Source: a virus
Taxonomy: Duplodnaviria; Caudoviricetes
Virus record (IMG/VR): IMGVR_UViG_3300031992_000018
Coordinates: 104,027 to 168,026 of that record
Length of the DNA: 64,000 nt
Strand: one strand, 5' to 3'
Part shown: positions 29,554 through 40,322 of the stretch, piece by piece
Position numbering within the stretch: the first letter of the stretch is position 1
Layout of the letters: the number at the start of each line of letters is the position of its first letter
Position numbers and translations under genes: made by a program
The notes under the pieces: generated by a model
Seen by the model: the letters and a program-made list of their open reading frames with translations, nothing else
Database searches by the model: none
Told to the model about the DNA's origin: nothing

Positions 29554-30309
29554 ATGAATATACTTATAACAGGAAACAGAGGATTTATTGGTGGACATTT
29601 ATCTAAATATTTAAAGGATAAAGGTCATAATATTATAGGTATAGATAGAAAAGATGGTAATGAAGTATTAGATATTAATGAAGATACTTTAAAAGATATT
29701 GATATTATAATCCATTTAGCAGCACAAACATCAGTTTGGAATACTAATATTGAATTAATAGAAAATGATAATATAAAATCTTTTATTCATATATTTAATT
29801 TATGTAAAAAACTTAATAAAAGATTTATATATGCAAGCAGTTCATGTTCGATAAATATAACATCGATGTATGGATTAAGTAAATATTTTGATGATTTATA
29901 TTTTGAAATTTATAAATGGGATAAATGTATTGGATTAAGATTTCATAATGTATATGGTAAAGATTCAAGAGAAGATACATTATTAGGAATTTGTTTAAAT
30001 AATTCAGAAATTACATTATATAATAATGGACTTAATTATAGACATTTTACTTATATAGATGATGTATGTAAAAGTATAGAAATGTCTTTTAATTTAAAAT
30101 CTTGTATATATAATGTATTTAATCCTCAAGAAAATTCAGTATTAGAATTTGTCAATGAAGTTTTAAAATATAAAGATTTAAAAATTAATTTAATTGATTC
30201 TATAAGAGAACTTGATAAAGAAAAACAGCTTATAGATGATACTAAAATAAATTTAATAGAAAATAATTATAAAAATATAAAAATAGGCATAAATGAGATA
30301 TTTAGGTAA
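29554..30309 (+). CDS. NAD-dependent epimerase/dehydratase
   Basis: ITGNRGFIG, HLAA, YASSS, YGLSK, RFHNVYG. Confidence 0.88.
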   Translation: MNILITGNRGFIGGHLSKYLKDKGHNIIGIDRKDGNEVLDINEDTLKDIDIIIHLAAQTSVWNTNIELIENDNIKSFIHIFNLCKKLNKRFIYASSSCSINITSMYGLSKYFDDLYFEIYKWDKCIGLRFHNVYGKDSREDTLLGICLNNSEITLYNNGLNYRHFTYIDDVCKSIEMSFNLKSCIYNVFNPQENSVLEFVNEVLKYKDLKINLIDSIRELDKEKQLIDDTKINLIENNYKNIKIGINEIFR

Positions 30310-31216
30310 ATTTACTTCAGAAACTGAAATACAAAATGCATTAGATAATAATGAATTATTAAATCCTTATATTGCATTATATAATAATGCATTAAATATA
30401 GATATTAATACAAAAACACCACATGATTATTCTCAAGATTATTTAACATTTGTTATTTTATCTGGTTTAGGAGAGATTTCTCCACAATATGATGGAATTG
30501 AATTTTCTAAGGATAATGGAGAATCATGGCAAGATTGGACTATAAGTGGTGAACAAGGAGATAGAATTTTAGTAAGAGGAAATTTTAAAAATGGAAGTGC
30601 AACTAATGGATTTTTTAATATAGTAGATTCACATTTTTATGCAATTCCAGAAGATTTTACATATAATGTAGAAGGTAATATATTATCAATATATGATTCA
30701 GAAAATTTTAGAACATTAACTGAAATTGAAAATACTACTTTTGAAGGATTTTTTTTTAATTTAGATGGTTTAATTTCAGCAAAAAATCTTATATTACCAT
30801 TAACAACTTTAACACAAGATTGTTATAAATTAATGTTTAAAGGTTGTGTAAATCTTACTACTGCGCCTGAACTTCCTGCTACTGTATTATCAAATGATTG
30901 TTATTTAGAAATGTTTGATGGTTGTGTAAATTTAAATTATATTAAATGTCTTGCTTTAAATATATCTACTAGTATTTATTTTGGTTTACAAGAATATAGT
31001 TCAGGTTCAGGTTCAGGTTCAGGTTCAGGTTCAGGTTCAGGTTCTGGTTCAGGTTCAGGTTCTGGTTCAGGTTCTGGATCAAGTTCTGAAACAGGTTCAA
31101 TATCTAAAACATTTATTATAAATAATAATTTTGATGGTAATCCATATGACTTGTTTAATATACCATATTCATGGAATGTATATTATGAAAATGGTACACA
31201 ATATATTAATGAATAA
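30293..31216 (+). CDS. BspA-like leucine-rich-repeat protein with Gly-Ser linker; putative virion appendage
   Basis: LPLTTL..CY.LMF.GC.NL..APELPAT repeats; (SG)n tract. Confidence 0.65.
   Translation: MRYLGKFTSETEIQNALDNNELLNPYIALYNNALNIDINTKTPHDYSQDYLTFVILSGLGEISPQYDGIEFSKDNGESWQDWTISGEQGDRILVRGNFKNGSATNGFFNIVDSHFYAIPEDFTYNVEGNILSIYDSENFRTLTEIENTTFEGFFFNLDGLISAKNLILPLTTLTQDCYKLMFKGCVNLTTAPELPATVLSNDCYLEMFDGCVNLNYIKCLALNISTSIYFGLQEYSSGSGSGSGSGSGSGSGSGSGSGSGSGSSSETGSISKTFIINNNFDGNPYDLFNIPYSWNVYYENGTQYINE
31001..31080 (+). repeat. Hexamer tandem repeat (tcaggt/tctggt)n encoding Ser-Gly
   Basis: Visible directly in the sequence. Confidence 0.9.
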
Positions 31217-31239
31217 AGAAATATAATAATAATATATAT

Positions 31240-33528
31240 ATGGGAAAACATTTAGCTAAATTTAATACTAAGACAGAAATACAAAATGCTTTAAATAGTT
31301 TTACATTATTAAAACCTTATGTTGCGATATATAATAACAAAACTAATATTGATTATAATTCATTTAATATAAAGTATCGTAATTTTGATTTTGATTCTGT
31401 TATAAAAATAAATACAGAAAATGATACATCATATGCTATAACATTAACAAAACAAATAGTAAATAATATAGAAACAACAAATACATGGATTAATATAACA
31501 TTAACTGATGTATTAGATAATAGTACTGATAATTGGACTCATTATCCAACTATTATAACTATACCAGATTCTGGTTCTGGTTCTGGATCTGGATCTGGTT
31601 CTGATTCTGACTCTGGTTCTGATTCTGACTCTGGTTCTGGATCTGGTTCTGGTTCTGGTTCTGGCTCTGGTTCTAGTTCTAATTTTGAAAAGATATTAGA
31701 AGTTAATTCAATGCTTATAAAAAATAATGAATTATATTTAAGATTAACTAATAATTTATATTATAAAGATAGTGCTAAATTATGTGCTAATGCATTTAAA
31801 ATTAATTTAGATACTCAATTAGTAACACCAGTTATAATTAATGATTATAATGATAACTATTATATTGATAGTATTATATATTGTGAAACTGAGAATAATA
31901 ATATAATAGCAAAATCATTAACATCTAATATAATTAATATATTAACTTCTAATACAAATGTAAGTGAAAAATATATACCAATAGAATCAACAATTATTGT
32001 TATTAATGATGAAGTAGCATATTATATAACAGATATTAAATTAAAGACTAATAATCTTTATTTACGATTAAATAATATTATATATGATAATAATTGTAAT
32101 ATAGATTTTAACGCATTTTCATTATATTTAACACATGGTTTAATAGAAAAAATTATATCTACAAATGAAATAAGTAATATTAATTCAGTAATTATAAAAT
32201 ATGATTGTATTTATGAAAGACCTGAAAATGTATTTAATGTAATTATAGATGCTAATGATGAATCAAATGAAGAAGCAAATGAATTAAATGGATATTATTG
32301 TGTAGATATTTTAAATCCAGAATATGGTGATGATGGTTGTATATATACATCTAAATATCAACTAAATAATTATATTAATGATAATATAACATATGTGGAT
32401 AATGATAATATATCTATTAAACTTGCACAATATACATATAAATTATTAACTAGTGATGAGAATAATTATTATGTACCATTTGTTCAATCAAATGAAAATG
32501 TACTTACATATACTAATGATAATAATTATGTTTTAACTGAAGTAACAGGAGAATTACAAACAATAATTTATGGTATAAAAAATAATACATTATCACAAAC
32601 AGAATTTAATGTTAATATATCAATATCTGATGACAATAATAATACATATAATATTGAAAAAATAGAATATGTTAGTGGAGATTGTGGTAAACTTATATTA
32701 TATAAATATGTTAAGCCTGATATAGACTATGATTATTATAATCAGACTAATGGTTGGATAGATGGATATACATTAACTATTAACACTAACTCTGTATGGT
32801 CTTATTATGACGACAAAATAATTGGTTTATGTAAAATAGAAGAAGATAATAATGTACCAGACATTTTAGATAGTAAATATATAATGCAGCCATTAGCAAA
32901 TAATACTGAATATCAAGGAATATATGTATTAAATACTACATTAGATGGATCTACAAATAATCCTTATGTTGTAGGAATAATTCCACAAATTAAAAATGTA
33001 AATACATCAAATAATATATCAATTGAAAATTTATCTATTTATAATGATGTTGTATATTATATAAAAGATGGAGTTGATGATTATGATTTATTTGGATCTA
33101 GATGTTATTATATGAAGAATAATAATATAACATATATTATATCTGAAAAATTATTATCAGAAAATTATTCTAATGTTTATTTTACTATAAATTCATCAGG
33201 TGTAATATCAAATGAAGGAAATTTATTATGTACAATATCATCTAATGGAGATAATGCTTATGTAAAGTTCAGTGAATTATATGAAGCAGTACATAATCCA
33301 AAAACTTTAGTTGATATAGATAGTTCTGATGGTTTATATCAAGCTATATATAATGGAGGTCATTTATATATAATTAGAAATCATACTACTACATCTGGTG
33401 TCGTACCAACTGGTGGTTATGTAGAAATAAGTACTGACTTTACATCATTACATGATATAACAAATTTAGATGTTAACTTTGAAACTATTGAAGAAGAAAA
33501 TGAATTTATTACAAATTTAACATCATAA
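31240..33528 (+). CDS. Large Asn/Ile-rich protein with Gly-Ser linker; N-terminus homologous to 30293
   Basis: KF.T.TEIQNAL....LL.PY.A.YNN..NID.N shared with the upstream gene. Confidence 0.6.
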   Translation: MGKHLAKFNTKTEIQNALNSFTLLKPYVAIYNNKTNIDYNSFNIKYRNFDFDSVIKINTENDTSYAITLTKQIVNNIETTNTWINITLTDVLDNSTDNWTHYPTIITIPDSGSGSGSGSGSDSDSGSDSDSGSGSGSGSGSGSGSSSNFEKILEVNSMLIKNNELYLRLTNNLYYKDSAKLCANAFKINLDTQLVTPVIINDYNDNYYIDSIIYCETENNNIIAKSLTSNIINILTSNTNVSEKYIPIESTIIVINDEVAYYITDIKLKTNNLYLRLNNIIYDNNCNIDFNAFSLYLTHGLIEKIISTNEISNINSVIIKYDCIYERPENVFNVIIDANDESNEEANELNGYYCVDILNPEYGDDGCIYTSKYQLNNYINDNITYVDNDNISIKLAQYTYKLLTSDENNYYVPFVQSNENVLTYTNDNNYVLTEVTGELQTIIYGIKNNTLSQTEFNVNISISDDNNNTYNIEKIEYVSGDCGKLILYKYVKPDIDYDYYNQTNGWIDGYTLTINTNSVWSYYDDKIIGLCKIEEDNNVPDILDSKYIMQPLANNTEYQGIYVLNTTLDGSTNNPYVVGIIPQIKNVNTSNNISIENLSIYNDVVYYIKDGVDDYDLFGSRCYYMKNNNITYIISEKLLSENYSNVYFTINSSGVISNEGNLLCTISSNGDNAYVKFSELYEAVHNPKTLVDIDSSDGLYQAIYNGGHLYIIRNHTTTSGVVPTGGYVEISTDFTSLHDITNLDVNFETIEEENEFITNLTS
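31570..31680 (+). repeat. Hexamer tandem repeat encoding Ser-Gly/Ser-Asp
   Basis: (tctggt/tctgat)n. Confidence 0.9.
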
Positions 33529-33531
33529 TAT

Positions 33532-34452
33532 ATGAAATGTTGTATAATTGCCATAGCAAAAAAAGAAAATAAGTATATTCAAGAATGGGTTAATTATCAT
33601 CTTAATTTAGGATTTGATAATATAATAATTTGTGATAATAATGATACAGGTGATGAAAAAATATCAGATGTAATTAATGATGATAAGGTAATTATTTTAA
33701 ATTATTTTAACTTTAAAAATATACAACCAACTGCATATACAAAATGTTTTTTAAAATATAAAGATACATATGATTGGCTGGCATTTATAGATATAGATGA
33801 ATTTATTATATTAGATAAAAAATACGATAATAATATAAAGAATTTTTTATCAGATAATATATTTAAAAATGCAGATATTATAAGATTATGTTATAAGTTT
33901 TTTACTGGTGGAAATAAGTTAGATGTTGAAAATAATGACTATTCTTTAATGAGTAGATTTACTGAAGAATTTGATACTATAGAAAATACATGGGGTAAAT
34001 CAATTATTAAAAACACAATTAAATATATTCCTAATACTAGATTTTATGGGCACGGGTATGCAACTAATAAAAATAATGTAGCTTATTCGGCTGATGGAAA
34101 TATATGTAAAAATGATTGGATTATTGTAAGTGAAGAACCTATATATGTTAATGCTTGGATAAATCATTATCCAACAAAAACAATTGGAGAATATGTAAGA
34201 CAAAAATATTTTCGTGGTGGTCCAAATAATAACAACAATAAATATAAATCATTAAATTATTTTTTCAGATATAATAAAAAAACAGATAAATTATTTAAAT
34301 ATGGTATTAAATTAATTAATTCATATAAACAAGAAATAGAGAAGAAAAAAATCAAAACTAATAAACAAGAAATAGAGAAGAAAAAAATCAAAACTAAAAT
34401 TAATACTTTAGTTATTTCTAATAATTTATTAATAAGTAAAGAGATTGATTAA
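33532..34452 (+). CDS. Glycosyltransferase (GT-A fold, GT2/GT92-like)
   Basis: AIAKKENKYIQEWVNYH..LGFD, DWLAFIDIDEFI, INHY.TK. Confidence 0.85.
   Translation: MKCCIIAIAKKENKYIQEWVNYHLNLGFDNIIICDNNDTGDEKISDVINDDKVIILNYFNFKNIQPTAYTKCFLKYKDTYDWLAFIDIDEFIILDKKYDNNIKNFLSDNIFKNADIIRLCYKFFTGGNKLDVENNDYSLMSRFTEEFDTIENTWGKSIIKNTIKYIPNTRFYGHGYATNKNNVAYSADGNICKNDWIIVSEEPIYVNAWINHYPTKTIGEYVRQKYFRGGPNNNNNKYKSLNYFFRYNKKTDKLFKYGIKLINSYKQEIEKKKIKTNKQEIEKKKIKTKINTLVISNNLLISKEID
34325..34396 (+). repeat. Exact 36-bp tandem duplication
   Basis: ataaacaagaaatagagaagaaaaaaatcaaaacta twice. Confidence 0.9.
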
Positions 34453-34506
34453 TTCAATCTCTTTTTTCTATATTAATATATATATATAATTTTTACTTTT
34501 ATAAAT

Positions 34507-35145
34507 ATGATAAATAAAGAATTTATAAATAATTATTTAAATAATAATGAAATTACAAAATTACAATTAGGTTGTGGTATATTTACAATTAATAATTGGT
34601 TAAATACTGATAAAGATACATATAAAATAAATAATAATATAATATATTTAGATGTAACTAAACAATTTGAATTACCTGATAATTCATTTAATTATATATA
34701 TTCTGAACATCTTTTTGAGCATTTAACATATTTTGAAGGTTTAAATATGCTAAAAGAATGTTATAGAATTTTAAAGCCTGGTGGAATAATTAGAATAGCT
34801 ACACCAAATTTAGAATTTCTTATTGATTTATATTTTCATCCAGAGAAGGAGATAAATAAATTATATATAGAATTTGATGGTAAAAGAACAAATCAACCTA
34901 ATGATGCAATATATGCTATAAGTCATTTTCATACTGATTGGGGTCATAAAATTATATATGATTATAAATCATTAAAAACTTTTTTAGAAAATGTTGGTTT
35001 TAAAAACATTATACAATGTGAAGTTAGTAAAAGCTCACATCCAGAATTAAATGACATTGAGCAACACCCAAAACATTTCAAAAGAATGGAAGTTAAATAT
35101 GATTTTAATTCTTTACAAACAATGGTTTTAGAGGCTGAAAAATAA
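34507..35145 (+). CDS. SAM-dependent methyltransferase
   Basis: LQLGCG, YSEHLFEHL, CYRILKPGG.IRIATP. Confidence 0.85.
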   Translation: MINKEFINNYLNNNEITKLQLGCGIFTINNWLNTDKDTYKINNNIIYLDVTKQFELPDNSFNYIYSEHLFEHLTYFEGLNMLKECYRILKPGGIIRIATPNLEFLIDLYFHPEKEINKLYIEFDGKRTNQPNDAIYAISHFHTDWGHKIIYDYKSLKTFLENVGFKNIIQCEVSKSSHPELNDIEQHPKHFKRMEVKYDFNSLQTMVLEAEK

Positions 35146-35208
35146 ATCTCATTGAATAAAATCAATGAGGTTTTCTATTTTATAATAGTAATAGTAAATA
35201 GTTTAATT

Positions 35209-36042
35209 ATGAGTACAGGTTTAGGAAAAACAACACCAGCTAAGAAAGAAAAAATTACAAAGATTTCTGATTTTGAAGAAACATGTATGTGGATGAGTTA
35301 TCGATATGCAATAGGTAGACATACTATTGCTTCATCTATGCATGCTAATGATATTGCAACTCATTTTTTCTATCGTCTTTCAAATGATAGAAAGGAATTT
35401 ACTGCATTTGATATAGCAAGAGAAATTGATAATATACTTAGATGGCAATTTAATTTATTTATTGAATATCCTAATAAAAATATAAATTATAGACCTTATG
35501 AAATTCTTATGGATTTCATTAAGAAATATAATATTAAAGATTTAGATGAATTCAATAAGTTTGATAGAATTGATTATGATTGTTCAACAAAAGAATTTAA
35601 AGTAAGATATGTTTCTTCTTATATTGACTCTTATCATTCATCTCCAATAGGTGATGAACAAAAAGAGATATATGATAAGAAAAGAAATTATAATACAATG
35701 GATCTTGAAGATTTACTTCATTGGCAAATGCTTTCTGCTTGTTTTGATGTTAAAAGACTTAAAGTAGTTAAGACATTATATGAAGGAAAAGAAGAAGAAC
35801 ATATTTGTTTTAAATCTTATTTCTTACAATATGGTCATACAACTGAAATTAGTAAAATTAATGGTGAACCTTATGAAGTAAATGACCTACATAATATTTG
35901 GTGGGATGAACACTGGATTCCTCTAGATAGATATTTAAGCGGTATTGAAGATGGCTATATTGCAGATGAATATATTACAGATGTAAGAGATATTACCGAT
36001 GAAGAATGTAGACAATTTGAAGGATTTAATAAAGGAAAATAA
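35209..36042 (+). CDS. Hypothetical protein
   Basis: Start moved to MSTGLGK, downstream of a hairpin/promoter region; WMSYRYAIGR motif. Confidence 0.65.
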   Translation: MSTGLGKTTPAKKEKITKISDFEETCMWMSYRYAIGRHTIASSMHANDIATHFFYRLSNDRKEFTAFDIAREIDNILRWQFNLFIEYPNKNINYRPYEILMDFIKKYNIKDLDEFNKFDRIDYDCSTKEFKVRYVSSYIDSYHSSPIGDEQKEIYDKKRNYNTMDLEDLLHWQMLSACFDVKRLKVVKTLYEGKEEEHICFKSYFLQYGHTTEISKINGEPYEVNDLHNIWWDEHWIPLDRYLSGIEDGYIADEYITDVRDITDEECRQFEGFNKGK

Positions 36043-36223
36043 ATTACCTTTAATTAATGGTTTTGATGGAACAACAAGTAAAATAACTGATGATAAATGG
36101 CTAATTTGTATACATCAATTTGAACATTGTAAATACCAAGCTTCTGTTGGAGATGGAGCATGTTTAATATGTACAAATTATCCAGAATGTTTAAAAGAAG
36201 GATGTTTTATTGAAGAAAAATAA
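35999..36223 (+). CDS. Small Cys-containing hypothetical protein
   Basis: Overlapping operon packing. Confidence 0.5.
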   Translation: MKNVDNLKDLIKENKLPLINGFDGTTSKITDDKWLICIHQFEHCKYQASVGDGACLICTNYPECLKEGCFIEEK

Positions 36224-36233
36224 TAAAATAATT

Positions 36234-36518
36234 ATGATTAGATTAGTTGAATTTGATAATATAAATTTTCTTAAAGATAATCCTAGTTACATTAAAAGGG
36301 TTTATGAACACAGATATAAAGATACCAATTATGCAATTATTCAAGAAGGTAAAAATACTTGGGTAATATATATAATTGATGATAACCTTGGTGTATTTGA
36401 ATTATTTGAAGGATATTGGACTAAAAAGAAAGCTATTGAAGAAATAGAGAGTGGAAATCTTAAAAGAAAGCTTTTTGAACAAAAAATTTTATATGATAAA
36501 ATAGTTGAAGTATTATGA
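36234..36518 (+). CDS. Hypothetical protein
   Basis: Operon packing; start moved to first ATG. Confidence 0.55.
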   Translation: MIRLVEFDNINFLKDNPSYIKRVYEHRYKDTNYAIIQEGKNTWVIYIIDDNLGVFELFEGYWTKKKAIEEIESGNLKRKLFEQKILYDKIVEVL

Positions 36519-37018
36519 ATATAGCATTAGTTGCCCATGATGGGCGTAAAAAAGAGTTAATGGAATGGGTAAAGTATAACTGGGAAACCCTTTCACAACA
36601 TAATTTATTTGCAACAGGTACAACTGGAAAACTTGTTATACAGACTCTTACTGAATCACATTTAGATATGATTGGACTTGGTAATTATCCTGATTTTTAT
36701 CCAAGTAAATTACATGATACATATTCAAATAAGGTAACTTGTTTATTAAGTGGTCCTCTTGGTGGTGATCAGCAAATTGGAGCAATGATAGCAGAAGGAA
36801 AAATTGATGTACTTATTTTCTTCTGTGATAATCTTATTATGCAAGGCCATCAAAATGATGTATCAGCACTTACAAGACTTGCATCTTTGTATAATATTGC
36901 ATTTGCAACAAATCGTACAACTGCAGATATGATATTAACATCACCATTATTTAAAGATCCTAATTATAAAAGAATTCTTCCACAAGCAATCGAAAATTAT
37001 AAAAATAGAAGTATATAA
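36515..37018 (+). CDS. mgsA: Methylglyoxal synthase
   Basis: IALVAHD..K, ATGTTG, SGPLGGDQQIGA, H..DV.AL.R, ATNRTTAD. Confidence 0.95.
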   Translation: MNIALVAHDGRKKELMEWVKYNWETLSQHNLFATGTTGKLVIQTLTESHLDMIGLGNYPDFYPSKLHDTYSNKVTCLLSGPLGGDQQIGAMIAEGKIDVLIFFCDNLIMQGHQNDVSALTRLASLYNIAFATNRTTADMILTSPLFKDPNYKRILPQAIENYKNRSI

Positions 37019-37020
37019 TT

Positions 37021-37425
37021 ATGTATGGAGAAAAACCAAACTATAATAGAAGGAAAATAAAAGAAAACTTATATAAATTAAAGTTTAGATTAGGTGAAGA
37101 ATATGATGAAATAGACTTTACTGAAATAATTAATTGGTGTTCTAAGGTTATTGCTAAGTCAAAAGATTTAAATAAGAAACTTATAATTGATATTTGCTGT
37201 GAAGATGAAGATAGTGGAGGATGCGATTATCGTAAAGATGTTATTATGTTAATTCCTTTTTATGAAAGAGAAGAAACTGATACAGAATATAATAAACGTA
37301 TTGCTGAAGAAGAAAAAGAATATAATGAGTATCTTCAAGTAAAGAAATTAGAAAGAGAGCAAAATGCAGAATATTTAAAAGACTTAGAAGAATACCGTAG
37401 AATAAAGAATAAATATCATTTTTAA
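37021..37425 (+). CDS. Hypothetical protein
   Basis: REETDTEY.KR coiled-coil tail. Confidence 0.6.
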   Translation: MYGEKPNYNRRKIKENLYKLKFRLGEEYDEIDFTEIINWCSKVIAKSKDLNKKLIIDICCEDEDSGGCDYRKDVIMLIPFYEREETDTEYNKRIAEEEKEYNEYLQVKKLEREQNAEYLKDLEEYRRIKNKYHF

Positions 37426-37428
37426 AAT

Positions 37429-38397
37429 ATGAAAATATTAGTAACTGGAGCAAATGGACAATTAGGTAGATGTATTTATGATATTATGCATGAAACATTT
37501 ACTTACAAAAATAATGAATATATTTTTGCTTCTCATTCAGAATTTGATATTACTGATATCGGAAGTATGGAAAAATATTTTTTCTATAATCCGGATATAA
37601 AATGTATTATCAATTGTGCTGCATATACTAATGTAGATGGTGCTGAAAAAGATCAATATACAGCATTTTATGTAAATTCAAGAGGTGTACAAAATCTTGT
37701 ACAACTTTGTGAAAAATATGATATAATGTTATTCCATATTTCTACTGATTATGTATATAAAGACTATCAATCATTAGATAGTTTATGTAGTGAAGATTCA
37801 GAAATTGAACCAATTAATATCTATGGACAATCAAAAAGAGATGGAGAATTACATATAATTAATTCTAATTTAAAGAATTGGTATATTTTTAGAACATCTT
37901 GGTTATATTCTGAATATCCTGGAAATTTCTTTACAAAGATTTTAGAAAAAGCAAAAAATAGTTATTCATTAGGTGTTGTTACAGATGAAGTTGGATGTCC
38001 TACTTATGCAAAAGATTTAGCATCAATGTTAATATGCATTATAGAACATGAATATTATAAAACAATATTAGAAAGTGGTATTTATAATTATAGTGGTCTT
38101 GGTTTTACTTCAAGATATGATTTTGCTTCTTCAATAATTGCAGCTGGATATAATATTAAAGTTAATGATAAAAAAATTGGAATTCATATACCAATCTATC
38201 CTATAAAACAAAAAGATTTAAATTTACCAGCTAAAAGATCACAATTTGTTGTTTTAAATAATCAAAAAATTTCAAAAATACCTGTTTTTAGAGATAATTG
38301 GATATTTGATTTACAATCATGTATAAATAATTATGAAAAGAAATTAAATAAAGAAAATAATGATTATAGAATAATGTATGGAAAAGACTTATATTGA
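37429..38397 (+). CDS. rfbD: dTDP-4-dehydrorhamnose reductase
   Basis: VTGANGQLG, NCAAYTNVD.AE, ISTDYV, YGQSK, RTSWLY, GCPTYA.DLA. Confidence 0.92.
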   Translation: MKILVTGANGQLGRCIYDIMHETFTYKNNEYIFASHSEFDITDIGSMEKYFFYNPDIKCIINCAAYTNVDGAEKDQYTAFYVNSRGVQNLVQLCEKYDIMLFHISTDYVYKDYQSLDSLCSEDSEIEPINIYGQSKRDGELHIINSNLKNWYIFRTSWLYSEYPGNFFTKILEKAKNSYSLGVVTDEVGCPTYAKDLASMLICIIEHEYYKTILESGIYNYSGLGFTSRYDFASSIIAAGYNIKVNDKKIGIHIPIYPIKQKDLNLPAKRSQFVVLNNQKISKIPVFRDNWIFDLQSCINNYEKKLNKENNDYRIMYGKDLY

Positions 38398-38953
38398 ACC
38401 ATTTAGAATTACAAATGAAGTATTTAATGATGTAAGAGGTGGATTTTCTCCATTTAATTTTGCTAAAGATTTTAGTGATTTTAATATATATCAATTAAAT
38501 ACAGTTACTACAAAAGAACCATATACATTTAGAGGTATGCATTGGCAAGAGCCTCCTTATGCACAGGGTAAACTTATTCGTTGTACACTTGGAAAGATAA
38601 TTGATTTTGCTGTAGATATTAGATGTGGAAGTCCTAATTTTGGTAAAAGTTATGGTTTTGTACTTTCAAATCCACAAGAATGGGTATTTATTCCAAGATG
38701 TTTTGCTCATGGTTATTTAACTCTTCCTCATAATCTTGGAAATACTTATCCAACAACTGTTGAGTATCTTGTTGATAATCATTATAATCCTCAAAGTGAA
38801 AGAGGAATGTTTATGACTAAAGAGATTAATGATTGTATAAATGCAGAACTTCCAAATGGTATAACAAATATAATTTTTAATGAACGTGACCTTAATTGGC
38901 CTACAATAAGTGAAATAGAAACAAATTTTAGATATGAACCAGAAGAACAATAA
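38378..38953 (+). CDS. rfbC: dTDP-4-dehydrorhamnose 3,5-epimerase
   Basis: F.D.RG.F, RGMHWQ, QGKLIRC, VDIR.GSP.FG, FAHGY.TL. Confidence 0.92.
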   Translation: MEKTYIEPFRITNEVFNDVRGGFSPFNFAKDFSDFNIYQLNTVTTKEPYTFRGMHWQEPPYAQGKLIRCTLGKIIDFAVDIRCGSPNFGKSYGFVLSNPQEWVFIPRCFAHGYLTLPHNLGNTYPTTVEYLVDNHYNPQSERGMFMTKEINDCINAELPNGITNIIFNERDLNWPTISEIETNFRYEPEEQ

Positions 38954-39281
38954 TAATGAAGAAAATATTTTAGATGTTGATAAATTATATAATATAGCAT
39001 CTAGATTAAAAGAAGCACAAAGTAATAGAATAAGTGCAAAAAATATACTTGCAAAGAATCCAAGTTCTACAATTAATAAAAGATATATTGATGCTAAAGA
39101 AGAATATGGAAAAGCTTTAAATGATTTTAATAACTTTGTTAATAATTATATTGAAATTAATCCTGATGGTATTAATCAAATAATATTTAATAAAGATGTA
39201 AATGATGAAACTGTTATTAGAATAATTAAAAAGGTTAAAGAAGAATTAGAAAAAATAGTTAAAAAAGAATTAGAAAAATAA
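38934..39281 (+). CDS. Hypothetical protein
   Basis: Operon packing. Confidence 0.55.
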   Translation: MNQKNNNNEENILDVDKLYNIASRLKEAQSNRISAKNILAKNPSSTINKRYIDAKEEYGKALNDFNNFVNNYIEINPDGINQIIFNKDVNDETVIRIIKKVKEELEKIVKKELEK

Positions 39282-39309
39282 AAGGAGAGAATTAATTCTC
39301 TCCTTTTTT
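39280..39309. terminator. Bidirectional terminator
   Basis: aaaaggagagaat-ta-attctctcctttt. Confidence 0.75.
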
Positions 39310-39708
39310 GTCATTTTCTTGTCCCATTGGTGGAGTATCTACTTCTGTATTAGGAATGCCATTTAATGCATGTTGATAATCATAAGATACTTTATTAAAT
39401 AAGTTAAAGTTTGTAATAAAATGTTCAATTATCTTAGTAAATAAATAAATATAATCTACACTAATTGCTTCATCTCTTTTTACATCTTCATCAAAGAAAT
39501 CTACAAACTTTTTAATTTTAAACTTAGGATTTTCTGCTAAAAATTTTTCAACATCATCTTTTTGAACAAGTTTTCTTTGTCCACATATAGTTATAAAATT
39601 TAACATTGGTTTTAAATATTCTTTATCATTTTTAAACCATACATCAAATTTATAAGCGAAATTATCTACATCAAGACATTCTTTTATATATTCTTTAATA
39701 TTCTTCAT
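39292..39708 (-). CDS. Leader-bearing protein (MKNIKEYIKE)
   Basis: Shared motif. Confidence 0.7.
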   Translation of the reverse strand: MKNIKEYIKECLDVDNFAYKFDVWFKNDKEYLKPMLNFITICGQRKLVQKDDVEKFLAENPKFKIKKFVDFFDEDVKRDEAISVDYIYLFTKIIEHFITNFNLFNKVSYDYQHALNGIPNTEVDTPPMGQENDKKGEN

Positions 39709-39710
39709 AA

Positions 39711-40322
39711 TTAAATACTATAATATCCTTTTAAATTTTCTACAGATTTTATTGTAATTTCATTACTCTTTAATTGAGATATTAAACGTTTATCTTTTAT
39801 TAAGATATCACTGTTTATTTCTTTTAATGCAGATACAATATCACCATAATTAATAACATATTTATAAACAGTTAAATCTTCAAATAAAAATACTACAGGA
39901 ACATCTTTTGCATTTTCATCAGTATATGTAATACCAATCAATGTACAAGATTCTGTTAATTCATCAGTTTTAAATACTGATGTCAACCATGTATATTTAT
40001 CATTTATTTCTCCATGTTCAGGATGAGTTTTTAGATCTTCTTTTACTTTATAAAAACCAACCTTTTGATTATCATCATTTTGAGAATTAGATATAATCTT
40101 TTTTAAGATTTTTGTATTTTCAACAGGTTTAATAATTACATTATCAGAAGTAAACTTATTTATATACTTAACTTTTTCTTTTTCATTATAATCAGAAGAA
40201 GTTGCATCATATTCCTTCTTATTTGATTTACCTGTTAACCATTCCCAAAAACCTTTAAACCAATCACTTATAACTCCTTCTTCAACTAATTGTTCTTGAA
40301 TGTATTCATTTAAATGTTTCAT
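39711..40322 (-). CDS. Leader-bearing protein (MKHLNEYIQEQLVEE-GVISDWFKGFWEWL)
   Basis: Shared motif followed by amphipathic helix. Confidence 0.7.
   Translation of the reverse strand: MKHLNEYIQEQLVEEGVISDWFKGFWEWLTGKSNKKEYDATSSDYNEKEKVKYINKFTSDNVIIKPVENTKILKKIISNSQNDDNQKVGFYKVKEDLKTHPEHGEINDKYTWLTSVFKTDELTESCTLIGITYTDENAKDVPVVFLFEDLTVYKYVINYGDIVSALKEINSDILIKDKRLISQLKSNEITIKSVENLKGYYSI

Noticed and set aside
30293-31216. Diversity-generating retroelement target
   Set aside because: No reverse transcriptase or template/variable repeat pair with adenine-specific mismatches is visible in the window
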